Below the pieces are notes generated by a model. The model searched no databases. It was not told where the DNA came from and was given only the letters and a program-made list of their open reading frames with translations. A program made the position numbers and the translations under genes. A stretch of DNA of 64,000 nt from positions 374,001 to 438,000 of the forward strand of contig MU058337.1 in assembly GCA_013265495.1 (NCBI GenBank), written 5' to 3'. This document shows, piece by piece, positions 51,721 through 64,000 of this stretch (within the stretch, counting starts at the first letter, position 1; every line of letters begins with the position of its first letter). Origin of the DNA: Vicugna vicugna (Eukaryota).

Positions 51721-52179
51721 TCCAGTCACTCCTGGGCACTGCAGCAGCCTTCTGGTTCGGTCTGTCCAGCATCCCTTTCTTTGGGCTGGTCTCTCCCACC
51801 CCAAAACGGTCAGAGGAATTCTGCCCTCAGCATGGAGACTTCACGCACACTACTGCCAGAAGATTCTCTCACGTAGGAACCCAAATCTGTGTGAAGACCC
51901 AGAAGGACGTAGGCCTTGGGGAATTTCCACTCTGATGACAACCCCAGAAAGTAGTTTCTGGCCCTGGCTCCACACTGCCATTCCCTGGGAGTCCCCCGAA
52001 AGACCCTTCTCCTCACTCAGGCTTCAGGTCTCAGGCTCACTGATACTTCATTTTATAAGCAATTTTCCCCATCAGGGAAACTTTAGGAAAATTTAGGGGA
52101 ATTTCCCCTAATCAGTCCCTGGCCTGCTAGAAGGGGAAGAGGAAGGAAAGCAATAATAGTAGGAAAAATACCATTTATT

Positions 52180-52430
52180 AAATCTTTAAAAATGCTTCTT
52201 GCACCAGTTAACTGATTTAAAGAGATTATTCCATTCACAAGTACCTTACAAGTAAGTATGACTATTCTTACCATCTCTATCTGACAGAAAAGAAAATTGA
52301 GTCTTAAGTATGTTAAGCAATGTGCGCCAACTCCACATTCACCACCTGGTGGAAACAGGCTTGAACTGGGTTCTGTTTGAAACAAAATCTCATGCTCTGA
52401 ACTGCTCGACTGCACTGCTTAATACCACAT
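52180..52430 (-). mobile_element. MIR SINE
   Basis: ccatttattaa...ttccattcacaagtaccttacaagtaagtatgactattcttaccatc...acagaaaagaaaattgagtcttaagtatgttaagcaatgtgc. Confidence 0.65.
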
Positions 52431-52878
52431 TTATTCTCACCATTCTTACTTCATCTTGACAAGGAGAAAACTGAACTTGAACTATGGTTTTCTCTCATGA
52501 GAAGACTCTATTACACATACAGTTATACACAGAATAAAAGCATAATTTAAAAATGAACACATTTTGTTGACACATTTGAAACCTTGGATTAAATAGACTG
52601 TTTCTCTTTAAATGTATTAGATTTCTAAATATAGCCTCCATAAAATAGGCTGGTCTCTAACAACATGATGCATCATGGCTTAATGCATTGTTTGATACAA
52701 ATGTGAGTCATTATGCTTCATTTCTCAGTATGAATTTCTCACACTTTCCCTAATGTCAACAGTAATATTCACAATAACAACGGCATCAAAGCACTGGTTT
52801 TGTGTCAAGCCTGGTTCTTAGCAAACCACATCGACAGCTCAGCCTCCATATAGTACTCACAACTCCTGGAAAAGAGAC

Positions 52879-52896
52879 GTGTGTGTGTGTGTGTGT
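52879..52896. repeat. (GT)n microsatellite
   Basis: gtgtgtgtgtgtgtgtgt. Confidence 0.9.
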
Positions 52897-54663
52897 CATT
52901 GTTGTTTCACTTCAAGTTTATTAAAATTAGGGAATGAATTTCAGAAGCATACCTAAAAAGTCAGTGTTGGAGCAAAGTAACTGAAGTTAGATATTTGAAC
53001 TTTGATTATATGATGAATTCATTTTGTATAATTATAATTTATTAAAAATAATTGACTTGGGGTCATTTTTTTCTGTGTCATAATGAATTTCTGTGAACAA
53101 AGAACAGATTAATTTCTTATCATCAGTGATCCCTGCTGCTTATCTGCCAAAAAAATAGTGATCGATTAAACTTCCTCGGTTAGTCAAAGATCTTTGGCAC
53201 CTGAAAATCCAATCATGTCATAAGTTGGAAAATTTTAATTTAAAAAGCACCGCTGGACATTAAAAATGTAATAATGTTTACTTCTTTATTCTTCTCTGAG
53301 TGACTTTGCTGTGCATTGTGGCAATAAGAAGGCAGAGTGAGGTACGGCCAGTCTATATGGAAGCCATGCAGAAACCAGAAACCACTCTTCTGAGGATCGT
53401 GAGTCTAAGTCAGTGAATATCAAGCAGGAGTTCCTACTGTGAGGGGTCTCAGAATTACTTACTGAAAATATAAAATGGATGTAGATTTATATTAAAAGCA
53501 GAAAATAGGAGACAGACCTACAAAAATAATTTTTCTATGATTTTACTTTCTAAATGCCCAAATCTTTATGACCCATGTAAACTCTGAATTAGAGACTTTT
53601 TCATGCTTAAAACATTGAAAATTTCATTCTGCACAGAAGTTCCTACTAAGGAGGATTTTGTGTGGTTCTGAGGATGCACAGAGCATGGCCACTAAGTGAC
53701 TCACTTGTGCATAGGAGGCCAGGCCAAAGGCAGAAGTGAGACTAGCTTCCAAGACACAGGCTGAAGTTTGAGTTTGGAAAGCCACGCACGGGTTGAGTTG
53801 ACCAGATGCACACAGTGGAGCCAGGGACATGATTTACTAAGACTCACAGCAAGGCAGCCAAGCTTGGAGTAAGGCTCAGGCAGGTATAAAGAAATAGAAC
53901 AAGAAGTTACTGTGGTTGACTAGAAGCTGTCACTTCTCATGCGCAGCCCAATTTCCCTTCATTGGAAAGGAACTACATCTTAACTTGGGCATCTGATTTC
54001 CCAGTAGATTGACAATTACTATGGGCTTTTATATTTAAGAGAAATATGCCTAATCACTAAAGTAGATATCAGATATGAGAAGAAATTGCAGCAAAAGTCT
54101 ATATATAACCAACCTTTCCTGTCCATGGAAGCACTGACTTCAGTTAATTTCCTCAGCACATAGTCAAAACGTTGTGTTTGCCACACTGATTTTGTTTTTT
54201 AATCTTTTAAAGAGTTTTGGGGAATATTTACTAACATTTTTGCTCATAAAAATAAATCTCCAAATTTTGTATATATATTCCCAATGGGAATCTAATGGGG
54301 CTGCTCAAATATTATATGGGAAAGTCACTGGAAATCCCTAAAGCACTGCATAATATATATTACTATTTCTATAATTACAGTAGAGAAGTCACTTGCTTTC
54401 CAGGTTTTATTTCAAGGTGCACTGTCAAAGTAACGTCATCTATTAACCCATTCTTCTCCATTCTTTTTTTCGTTTTCTTTTTTCCAAGAAAGTCTCAATG
54501 TCAGAATCCTCCATAAAGCACTGCCTGACTTCTCAAGCCCAAACTAGCCCCTTCCTTCCCTGAATGCTTTTTCACTGTGGTCAGTATTACATAGTCTAGT
54601 GCATAATTTCTGTGGTATTGTTTCATGTACATCTTCATTTAGATCAGAATCTTTTGAGGACTG

Positions 54664-55140
54664 TGTGATGGTTAATTTTATATGTCCACTTTACTGGCTA
54701 CAGGGTGCCGAGAGTAAACATTCTTTCTGGGTGTCTGTGAGGGTGTTTCCAGATGAGATAAGCATCTGAGTCTGTGGACTCAGAAAAGTAGGTGGCCTGC
54801 CCCAGAGTGGGCAGGCATCCTCCAGTCCACTGAGGGCCTGAGTGGAGCAAAAGGAGAAGAAAGGAGGAACGCACCCCTTTCGCTTCCTGGCTGCCTCCTT
54901 GAGCTGAGACACCTCTTTTTACCTTCTCTGGCCCTCTGGCTGGGATTTGCACCACTGGCTCCCGGGTGCTCGGGCCTTCAGGCTCAGACTGAATTACATC
55001 ACTAGCCTTCCTGGGTTTCTAGCTCACAGAGTGGACTTGGAGCTGTGAGGCTTAACCTCCCTAATCATGTGAGCTAATTCCTCACAGTAAATCTCCTATA
55101 TATCCTACTGGTTCTGTTTCTCTGAGAAGCCTGAATAATA
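54664..55140 (+). mobile_element. ERVL solo LTR (MLT2B-like), apparently full length
   Basis: tgtgatggttaattttatatgtccactt...ctgggtgtctgtgagggtgtttccagatgagataagcat...gtgggcaggcatcctccagtccactgagggcctga...cctccctaatcatgtgagctaattcct...tcctactggttctgtttctctgagaagcctgaataata. Confidence 0.92.
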
Positions 55141-56308
55141 GAACCTCAGAACAGGTTGTTTTTTTTTTTTTCCAAATAATTAGAAAATCTCCCAAAGAAT
55201 GGACATAGGAGAGTCACAGGAACATGAAACTTTAAACTGATATATGGGAAAAGGTTACTTCAAGAAGAAACGTGGCCACATAGGTCAGATTTTTGTCCTT
55301 TCTCCTAAAAATAATATAAAAAAAAGAATAGGTAAAGAAAGTAAAATAAAACAAAACAGACTTCCATTTCTGTCAAGACCACAGATTCCAAAGCATGGTG
55401 AAGAGCTGCTAAAAAGCAGATGCAGCCGGGTAGAAGCCACGTGGAAGGGGTTAAAAGAGGAAGAGCAGAAGAGAAAGAGGACATGACATTAAATGCCTGA
55501 TCTAAGAAGCTGAAGCAAAAACACATCTCCTGAAAATGAAGGACTCACACAAAGTCAAAACATTACATTTCTTCTTTACCATTCTGAAAATCAAACTGGA
55601 ACCTGCAGAACTATGACAAAAGGTTCTTCCTAATGGAGTTCAGTTCCGGGGTGCTGAGGAGGTGGCCCGCACTGAGACTCACACGGATGGACCACAGGTA
55701 CGAGAAGCAACTATTTGGGCAGAACTATCTCAGTGCCATGCCTCCGCTCCCACCACTGACCTGCCTCCCCAGTGATCCACAGGGGGGCCAGGAGCAAGGG
55801 GGGCCCAGGCTGTCTTTTAGAGAGTCAACACCACTTAAACAAGGAGCAAAGACTGTCCCCCAGCAATCAGGTAACTCACTCACCCTCCTCGAAGACAAGA
55901 AGTCTGGAAGTCTTAGGGGAAGTATTTCCACCTGGAAACCAAGTAGAGGAAAATTATCAATGATGTCCTATACTAATTACTATTATTATTCTTATTTTAT
56001 GGTGCTGTTTTATTGACATTAAAATTGGTTGTCTAAGAAGTGCATTTGTCTTAAATCATGGAGAAAGGGAATTAATATGTTTTGAATATCTGTTAGAGAC
56101 CAAATACTTTGATTTGCCTCATTGAATTTTCATCATAACCCATTTGTATTTTGAGAAATTAAGGTTTAGACAAGTTTTATATACAAAAGTTACAGAGCAA
56201 TCAAGTGTTAATGGTGAGAACTGAATCTATGACATCTGCCTCTGAGATGCCTTATCTACCATGTCTTTCTGTTTCCTTCTAAATTTTGTGAATTAATGGA
56301 GGACTTCC

Positions 56309-56480
56309 CTTATTTCAGAGAAACTAAGATGCCATCAATTAAAAGGTACACTATTATGTTTTATACCACTAGGAAATAAAATGCACTGCCAACTAAAATA
56401 TGATACGCATCAATGACAAGATGCATCTGATTATCAGAGATGCTAAAATATGAAAGAAGTGTTGATGAAAATCCAATAGA
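56309..56480. mobile_element. Tc2-family MITE (MER104-like)
   Basis: tatttcagagaaactaagatgccatcaatt...cactattatgttttataccactagg...ctgccaactaaaatatgatacgcatcaat...aagatgcatc...tcagagatgctaaaatatgaaa. Confidence 0.7.
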
Positions 56481-59049
56481 TTTTAAGAGAAAATTCAGGC
56501 TTCAAACATAAACCTCATAACTTCATATGTGAGAGAAATGATTTGACTTGGATTAAATTTGATTTTTAAAAATACTGTGAATCAGTCTAGTCTCTTGATA
56601 ATAATACCCAAAGAACAGTTGATTGCTGATTGCCATACACAATGTGACTTAATTTCAGTTAACACTGGAATATAGTTCTCATTTTTATTTGTGTATAACA
56701 AGAATGAAATAAAAGTTAAACTTAAAATCCTCCCCTATCAATTACACAGTTCCAGATACAGAAGGTTCTTGTTGTTAAATCCTCACTTCAGTCACCATAT
56801 TTAAAAAATTTGCAATTTTGACTCTTGATCTAGTAAACTAACTACTTTTAAGTTTCTTTCTGATGACTAAGTCCATTTCACAGGGTTTCCTTAAAAGAGT
56901 TAAGACACTGCTGCATTTGCTGCAGAATTTGTTAAATACAACTTCAAAGATTCAGTTTCCTGCAGAGGACACTAGAAAAGAATAAGACGATGCAGAGTTT
57001 GCAAAGATGCTGAAGTCAAATTCTTTCTAGCTGTTGAGGCTCTAGCTACTGTGATCTCTTTCTAGTGAAAACACTTTAGGTGAACACGGCCCTGGATGTA
57101 TGTGTGGGTCACTGTAAGATACCGCCTCCCTTCCACCATTTCTCAGCAGAGTGAAGTCAACCTTCAACTGTAGTACGTCTTTTGTAGAATTGGAACAATT
57201 ATGGGAGATTCTATAAATTCATCAAATAGTGTCATAGTCTGTAGGACATTATACATTTATGATTTAAAACCACTCAAAGTGAATTTAATTCTTGTGAAAG
57301 TTGCTAATGTAGTAAATACTGTGTGTTTTTCTTTATTTGCAGGTCAGTACAGAGAGCATCAGAGTCTTTCTCAGAGCATCAGAGCATCAGAGACAATTTA
57401 CTACTTCACCCATAAAAAGCCTAACTCCTTTAGCTCCAAGAAAATTATTCCTTGTTTGTGCCAACAAAATAATTTATACAATTCTTCTTACACAGAACTG
57501 AAAATGCTCTTAACAAATTCACTCATGACATAGCCAAAGAAAATGCAGACTGTCTTAAGGACAGAACTTGTCAGGTTCAGAGAGATGATCTAAGGGCAGC
57601 ATGTCTGTATTTTAAGGAAGTGACTGAGTGGGTATTCCCCTACAGTGCATTCTTTCCTCAAGACATTTTAGTACACATTGCCTCTATTTTGGTTGCCCTT
57701 TAAGGGATCTTAAAGTACCCAGATTAAAAAAAATTATGTCTATTTATAAAAATGATTGAGGCCTCCTTCAGTCATCTATATCCTACAAATTACTCAACTT
57801 GAAGCTTTTTTTACTGCTAATTTTTGGGGAAAATATACATTGGTTTACTGTATGTTCCTTATGGAACAAACTTTATATCCGGAGTACCCTAAAGATGATC
57901 TAGCCCCTGGCACCCTGAGTGATCACTCAGACATTATCTGAGTTTAGACATTCTGCTCCTTGCACTGTGCTGCCTCTGAACCGAGCTATGCCCAGAAGTG
58001 AAGACAGATTTACAAGGCACTTTCTCACTGAGAAGATCTTACTGGAGTTTTACTCTGGGAAACATCAACAGTGCTTCGTGATACCATCAGGAGTCAGAAA
58101 AGCTATAAAACTGAAAAAAACAGTCGCTGTTGGTTACCTTCTGCTTCTAAGAAAAGCAGAAATGCCACTGAGAGATTCTTGAGTGTCTCTGGAGGTAGCA
58201 AGCCCATGGAGGCTCATGCCTCCTGCCAGAGTGCCAGCCTGGGACCAGAGTCTGCATCCAGATAAAACTCTAAGGCTACTGTTGTCTCCAAACCCAAGGG
58301 GATATTAAATGCTCTGTGGACGATTCAAACCATTCAGCAGAGCGGCTCCATACAAACCCTAAACAGTAGGAGCCCCAGATGGAAAGTCCATTAGGATGTC
58401 AGAAATCAAAGGAGAAACCTGGACCTTGAATACTGAGCAGACTTAGTCTTTCAGGAGAACTAACCAGAAGTGCCCTGCTTCTTCAGCCAAAAGCTGCAGT
58501 CTGTTTCACAGACCAGCACAGTGGGTCAGCATGTCCAGGGAGGTCCAGGGGACTCGTGCTAACGTAGAAAGTACACTCGTCTCTAAGACCCTTAAGTGGC
58601 AATATTAACAGATGGGAATATTAAAAAAAACAATAAACCTTGGAAGAAGTTGTCAGAACACGTGCGTACAAGCGTTTCTGGCCATTCTTGCTGAGGCCCT
58701 GGAACAGGGATAATGAAGATCAGACTGCAAGGCTGGCACTGGAATGACAGACTGGTAAAAAGAAACTGGCCAGATATAAACTGAAGACAGGAGCAGAGGA
58801 GATTAGAATCAAGCAGCTAAAAACAGGACTTGAATACTCGACACATCTACCCATCCCTGATGGTCACTGTTCTTCCAGGATCTGTGTTGAAGGCTGTGTT
58901 TTCCAGCTGCTCCTCAGAGCTGAGGTTGGAATGGCCAGCGGTGGTTACAGATCAGACAGACCATGGGTACGATCTTCCACCAATGCCATACCCCTTTGGG
59001 TAATGAACCAGTCCTCCTTGGGCAGAACTCACTTCACATGGCTTGGAGA

Positions 59050-59455
59050 GCTCTGAGTCTCCTCCCAGTCTTGTGCTGGAGTTGGGTGTAACTGGGGCCC
59101 GTTTACAACAGTCTTGTATCCACCTGGTGTCCAGTGCTTATCAAACAGACTAGCATGTGACCCAAGCAGGCTGATCAGAGTCCTCCAAGGTCATCTGCTG
59201 GAACTGTCAGGAGTGATGTGATCCTGACTTTCCTGGGCTTGCTGGCCAGGAGGATGATGTAAGCAGCAACTTCCTGCTTCAGTCTTGGCCACCCCATGAA
59301 GGCAGCCCGCCAGAGAGTGAGATTATTTCAACCTCTGAGTACAACAGCGCTCTTGGACTAACTGCCCAGCTGCACGCCAGTAAATTTCCTTTACGTTGTG
59401 TAAGCCAATCTGTCCTAGGTTTATGTCACCTGAAACTAAAGGAGTCCTAACACAG
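59050..59455 (+). mobile_element. Old MaLR LTR (MLT1J/K-like)
   Basis: gcatgtgacccaagcaggctgatcagagtcc...gtcttggccaccccatg...ccagtaaatttcctt...taagccaatctg...tgtcacctgaaactaaaggagtcctaac. Confidence 0.65.
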
Positions 59456-62249
59456 GAATTAAGAATGCTGAAACACAATATGCACTTCTACCTCCTGAAT
59501 TCTGTGGTACTTTCTCTCCTGAGAATAGTTCGTTACAGGTTTTAATGATGCATTTGTACTTCGCTCCTATTGTCTGGCTATGACGTGAACATTGACCCTA
59601 TGTTATATTTTGTATCTAAACCTATATATCAAGTGTCTTGAGTTTTATTAATGAAAGGAAATAGACTAATACTGTATGATGCCAGTTTATTAATATACTA
59701 AATGGAAAACCTGTACAATCACTTTCACTCTTCGAAGTGATCATACGTAACAAACTGACTACATGGCACACGCATGGCATTTATACTTGTGAGCGCCCTT
59801 TATATGAGAGTATTTAAGTGTATCACTAATAACATTAGCAAGAAGAAAAGTCAAGGGAGTACCCTAACCTCATTTTATAAAAGCACAATGAATAAGCAGG
59901 AAAAAAAGCACCTTTCCCCAGCTTCAAAGTAATGAAAACATGTTTTAAAATAAGGGAATATAATAAGTACACAGGAAAAAAGGTAGAGGAAAAGGCAGGA
60001 ATAACTTCAGACTGACAACTATAATAATCCAAATGTAAGACAACCAGAATCTAAGCTTATGTTTCATTTCAGGAGCAGTTAAATGTTTTCTCATTTTAGA
60101 AACATTAAATAACAGATGATGACACAGTCTTGTTAGAGATGTGATCGAGTGCAGAACAAAGCCACTGAATGTCAGAAACAACCTCTTGAAAGGACTAGGT
60201 GTCAGGAAACTGAATTAACCCAAGCCAACTGATGAAGCCTGGCTGATGAGCAATTTCCTCTGGCTCATTCTACCACAGGTGTGCGACAAACCTTTTGTCA
60301 ATCACCATGCCCTTTGCCATAATTACTCCTGGTCACTATTCCTGGTCTTTGCCCAGGGCCATCGCTGAGCAGAATTTATAGCTCATTAATTTGGGGTAAT
60401 ATTTATGGTGAATCTACGTGAGACTTTCAGGGTTTTATTCAGACTCTGCCATGATTAGAAATTTTAGAATGAGGGGAAAGTTGCAAAATGGCATTGTTTT
60501 GGATGTTTCTTTTTGTCTTTGCCAAACTGAAGTCTGTAAACACAAAGGGCCACTCTGCAAAAGGCACCGCGTCAGCTGCGTCCCACGGATGTGAGCCTCT
60601 GCTCCCAGAAGTCTGTGATGTAGCTGAGGGGACAGTCACACGCACTGAGGCAGACTCTTACCATCTGCTGCACAGATATCTCACCCATTGTTTAAAGAAA
60701 ACTTTGGGCCAACATTTCAGTCTTGTGAGTTTCTGTGTAAAGCTGAGCTTGCACTTCTCTTGACTCCCGTTATGAAGGAAGCTCAGCATCAGCTCAGAAA
60801 CTCAGGACCCACAGCCTCCCGTTCACGTGGCCTTGCAGCTCCTCAAGCGAACGCTGCTGCGCCTCACTGCATTTCTGTGACAGGACTGAAAGCCTGCGCT
60901 AACTGCTTAAGGGATTTTTATGAGTCTTCTCAGTTCAAGATTACAGGACAAAAGCATATCAAGCCTCTTACTGATGCTTTTTTGATTTATTAATTATGAA
61001 AACTTGTTTCATAGTGTTAGACACACAAAAGAATAAACATAAAGATATAGGAGTCCAAAATACCACCTTGAAATTGTTAAGGGGATAAACTTATGTTACG
61101 TGGTGTTTTCACTCCAATTAAATGTATACATTTATAAATATATACAGATAAATAATAACCTTAGGCACAGGTAATTATACATGGCAAATTATAGAAGAAT
61201 TAGTTTTAAAGTACTTGAACAATCCTCTTCGATAACTTAACGCAGAAATAAATAGCCAGGATTATAGCAACACACTATTATTTTGTGCACATGAAACTAT
61301 TGCTCAAATTAGACAGTAGGAACATGCATAGTTGCAACTTTATTTCCAGGGTCAATAAACTAACAACACTAAACTGTCATATTCTCTTCAATTCTCAAGA
61401 ACCACCCCTATTATTTCCCAGTCATAAAAGAAATCATGTTACTTAACTAGCTTTGCCAAGCACCCTTGACAATTCATTTTGCCAACCACCTGTGAATTAG
61501 AATGACAATTTTTCATGACACCTGGATATTGGTCTTTTCTCTCCTTTGCGGTCTTGTTATTTAGTTCCTACAGGACACTCCAATGAGCATTTGCAAATGA
61601 CCAACTACTTTGAAATAATTATCATCAAGGAACTGAACGGGCCAACTAAAAAGCCCCTTTTGTTGAATCTTGTCGTTATGTCCATTAACCAGGCCTATGA
61701 AAAATGTTCTATGTCGTGGAAAATGCAATATTTGCAAGTTAACTTGGCAACTCACTGTCCTGGGATCTTCCGAAATTCAAGTAACAATTAATCAGAAGTA
61801 GTCCTGCCAAGAATAAATTGCCACTGTAAATTAAGAATACGTCAATCCACATGCAGATGACTTATCGCTGAAGTTCTCTCGTGAGGTTTACTTGCCTGTG
61901 TTTACACCCACTCTGGGAAAGAACAGTCACATTTTGCTCTTGAACAAGTTTCTCAGAGCTGATATTTCTATCTTCCTCTTGGTTTTGCCTTTTACTCACA
62001 GTATCTGAGTCTCCTTTAAAATTCTCTAGGCTGCTTAAGGGTTCAATTTGAATGGTGAATATAAATTGGGATCTAATGGAGAATGCAGTCCCCATGTTGA
62101 AGGTCTCCTGTGCAGTACTGTTGAGTGATGAGTGTGTATTGACATTTCAATTTCAGAAATGTTTTGGTTCTAAACAGAAGAAAATAATTGGCTTTATTTT
62201 TGTTTTTGTTTCTGTTTTTGTTTTCTTTTTGTAAATAAATTCTTTTCAG

Positions 62250-62905
62250 AAGGGGAATTAAGTTCCATCCCCTGGAACAGGAAGTAACTACAAATGTTAT
62301 TTGGAATTCTTCTGAAGGGAAATCTTGTCCCTCTTTACCTGTTTCTTATGTCAATATGAACTCATGCATATTTCTTACACTTTGGGATAGAAACAATTCT
62401 ACATTATTTATCTTTTGAATAAATTGTTCCAGATTTATCCACTGGGAGCTCTTTCAGACTGGCTCCTCTGTCTTTCTGACTTACCCTCATGGATTTTTTA
62501 TTTGTTTGATTTTGAGCCTTTGCTTATATTATGGAACCACATGTCTACAATTGTCTTATATTTCCCTTGCCCACCCCTGGAATTAGCCATTTCTCCTAGC
62601 TACCCTGGTTCCTTTCAGTGGATGATGGTATTTAGAAACCAAGAATCAGGTGCCAAGTGGGCTCACTGCTTCTAGGCTCTCCCTGAGACAGAGGCAGGAA
62701 ACTGTGTGCGTAATAGCCTATTCATGTGCATATATCTGTAATTATTTCATCTGTTATCTACTGTGTACACATACAAAAATAAACATGCATTCACACCGAT
62801 GTCTATGATGCTAATCCAACAGCACAGCATTCATCTTAGCCTTCTCTTGCTTAGCTGTAACTTCTCTGACAGTAAGAAAAATGGATCTCATTATCAACAT
62901 TGTTT
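62250..62905 (-). mobile_element. L1MD/L1MC-type 3' UTR fragment
   Basis: ggggaattaagttccatccc...ttatttggaattcttctg...aaattgttccagattt...gggagctctttcag...ccctggaattagccatttctcc...ccctggttcctttcagtggatgatggtatttagaaaccaaga. Confidence 0.85.
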
Positions 62906-63149
62906 TTTAACCAACAGAAACTTTACAGATCTTTGAACAATAGCTCAAACAATAGTTTGCAACAGTAAAACTTGTTTATCCGAACTCTGCTAATCTTTCC
63001 AGAGACTGATCCATGACAGAGGTCATGGCCAACATGAGCCTTCTTTTCTTAGGGACTGATCTTTCTAGTTTCTTTAACTGTATCTTATAAGTCATAGCAT
63101 CCACTTCTTTCACCAACACATTGTAATATAAACACTACCTGGTGCTCAG

Positions 63150-63380
63150 AACTGGAGGAAAACTATAACCTTGCTTAAAACATGGTTCACTTTTTAGTTT
63201 CTGTGACCTTGAGACAGTTACTTAACTTCCTAGTTAGTACTCAATATTTCCATCTGTAAAATGGGCCTAACAACAAATGTTTCATAGGAGTTCTTGGCAG
63301 GATTACATATAAAATTATCTAATATATCTAGTACAAAGCCTAACAGATATTTAATGCACATTTGGTTCCTTTTCTATCTA
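63150..63380 (+). mobile_element. MIR SINE
   Basis: ctgtgaccttgagacagttacttaacttc...tcaatatttccatctgtaaaatgggcctaacaac...tcataggagttcttggcaggatta. Confidence 0.8.
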
Positions 63381-63669
63381 CTTACAACTGTTGGCATATT
63401 AATGTAAAGTAAAGTAATATCATGCTTATTATAGACAATGTTATTGAAACTAAGATTGCAGTAACCAAAAATAGTTAAAATTCAGAAATCTTAAACATAT
63501 CTTTTCATTCTACATAATCCTTGCCTTTCTGTACAGTGATAATCAATACTCATATTACCACTGAGGCAAGGTCCTACAAGATTAGAGGTGTTTTCTTAAT
63601 CATCAGAAAAAAGTATTATTGTTGCCCAAAGACTTAAATGTGGTCACCTGGTAAGATAATCACAAAGTG

Positions 63670-63840
63670 TATTTACATTTTTTTTACATATAATTAAAAA
63701 CTTAGAGAACAGTTCAATAAAAGTACAAAGAATTCCTGGATATCCTTCACCCTGAATGCCCAAATATTAATATTATTACATCTGTTTTATTTTTTCTCAA
63801 TCATTTCAGAGTAAGTTGCACACTTCATTGCCTATTTCCT
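63670..63840 (-). mobile_element. L1MC-type 3' terminus
   Basis: aacttagagaacagtt...agtacaaagaattcctggatatccttcaccc...cccaaatattaatatt...tcatttcagagtaagttgca. Confidence 0.7.
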
Positions 63841-64000
63841 GCTGAAGAATCAACCTGCATATTTTAACCTATTTGATTACTTCTGGTAGGGGAAAGAATA
63901 TTAAGTTCAGAGGCACAGAAACCACCTACTTGAACAACTAAAATGGCTGTGACTAGCAGCTTGGGAAAACTACATTATCCTTCATAGGTAAAGTGAAGTA

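Noticed and set aside
57348..57394. Short repeats of CAGAGCAT
   Set aside because: Three short imperfect copies consistent with slippage, with no repeat-spacer architecture.
1..64000. Scattered good splice acceptors (e.g. ~26370, ~39151, ~40636, ~57342) and CACGTG E-boxes; search for CRISPR, operon or defence-type systems
   Set aside because: The splice sites could not be joined into a coherent coding gene and are expected by chance. The DNA is mammalian and shows no prokaryotic gene organisation or spacer arrays.

Overview
This is mammalian genomic DNA, very probably from a camelid (camel, alpaca or llama), judged from a Vic-1-type tRNA-derived SINE at ~11.4 kb and a young artiodactyl-type L1 3' end at ~41.7 kb. 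The window looks intergenic or intronic. I could not recognise any spliced protein-coding exon, RNA gene or prokaryotic-type system. The only gene-derived sequence I recognise is an intronless PRPF38A retrocopy on the minus strand (~47.25-48.55 kb), with 3' UTR, poly(A) signal, poly(A) remnant and target-site duplication. It has a 1-bp deletion near its start, but a new in-frame ATG leaves an uninterrupted 277-aa ORF. The rest is a mosaic of old interspersed repeats (L1, L2, MIR, MaLR/ERVL LTRs, an ERV1-like solo LTR, Tigger/hAT/Tc2 MITEs), microsatellites and unique non-coding DNA, including a CpG-rich patch at ~8.8-9.7 kb next to the solo LTR. Repeat families were named by eye from remembered consensus sequences, so subfamily names and boundaries are approximate. 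Nearly all ORFs in the supplied track are chance ORFs. I found no convincing evidence for a novel biological system. The most interesting items are the re-opened retrocopy ORF, a candidate LTR-promoted first exon, a perfect hairpin and a solo poly(A) insertion.
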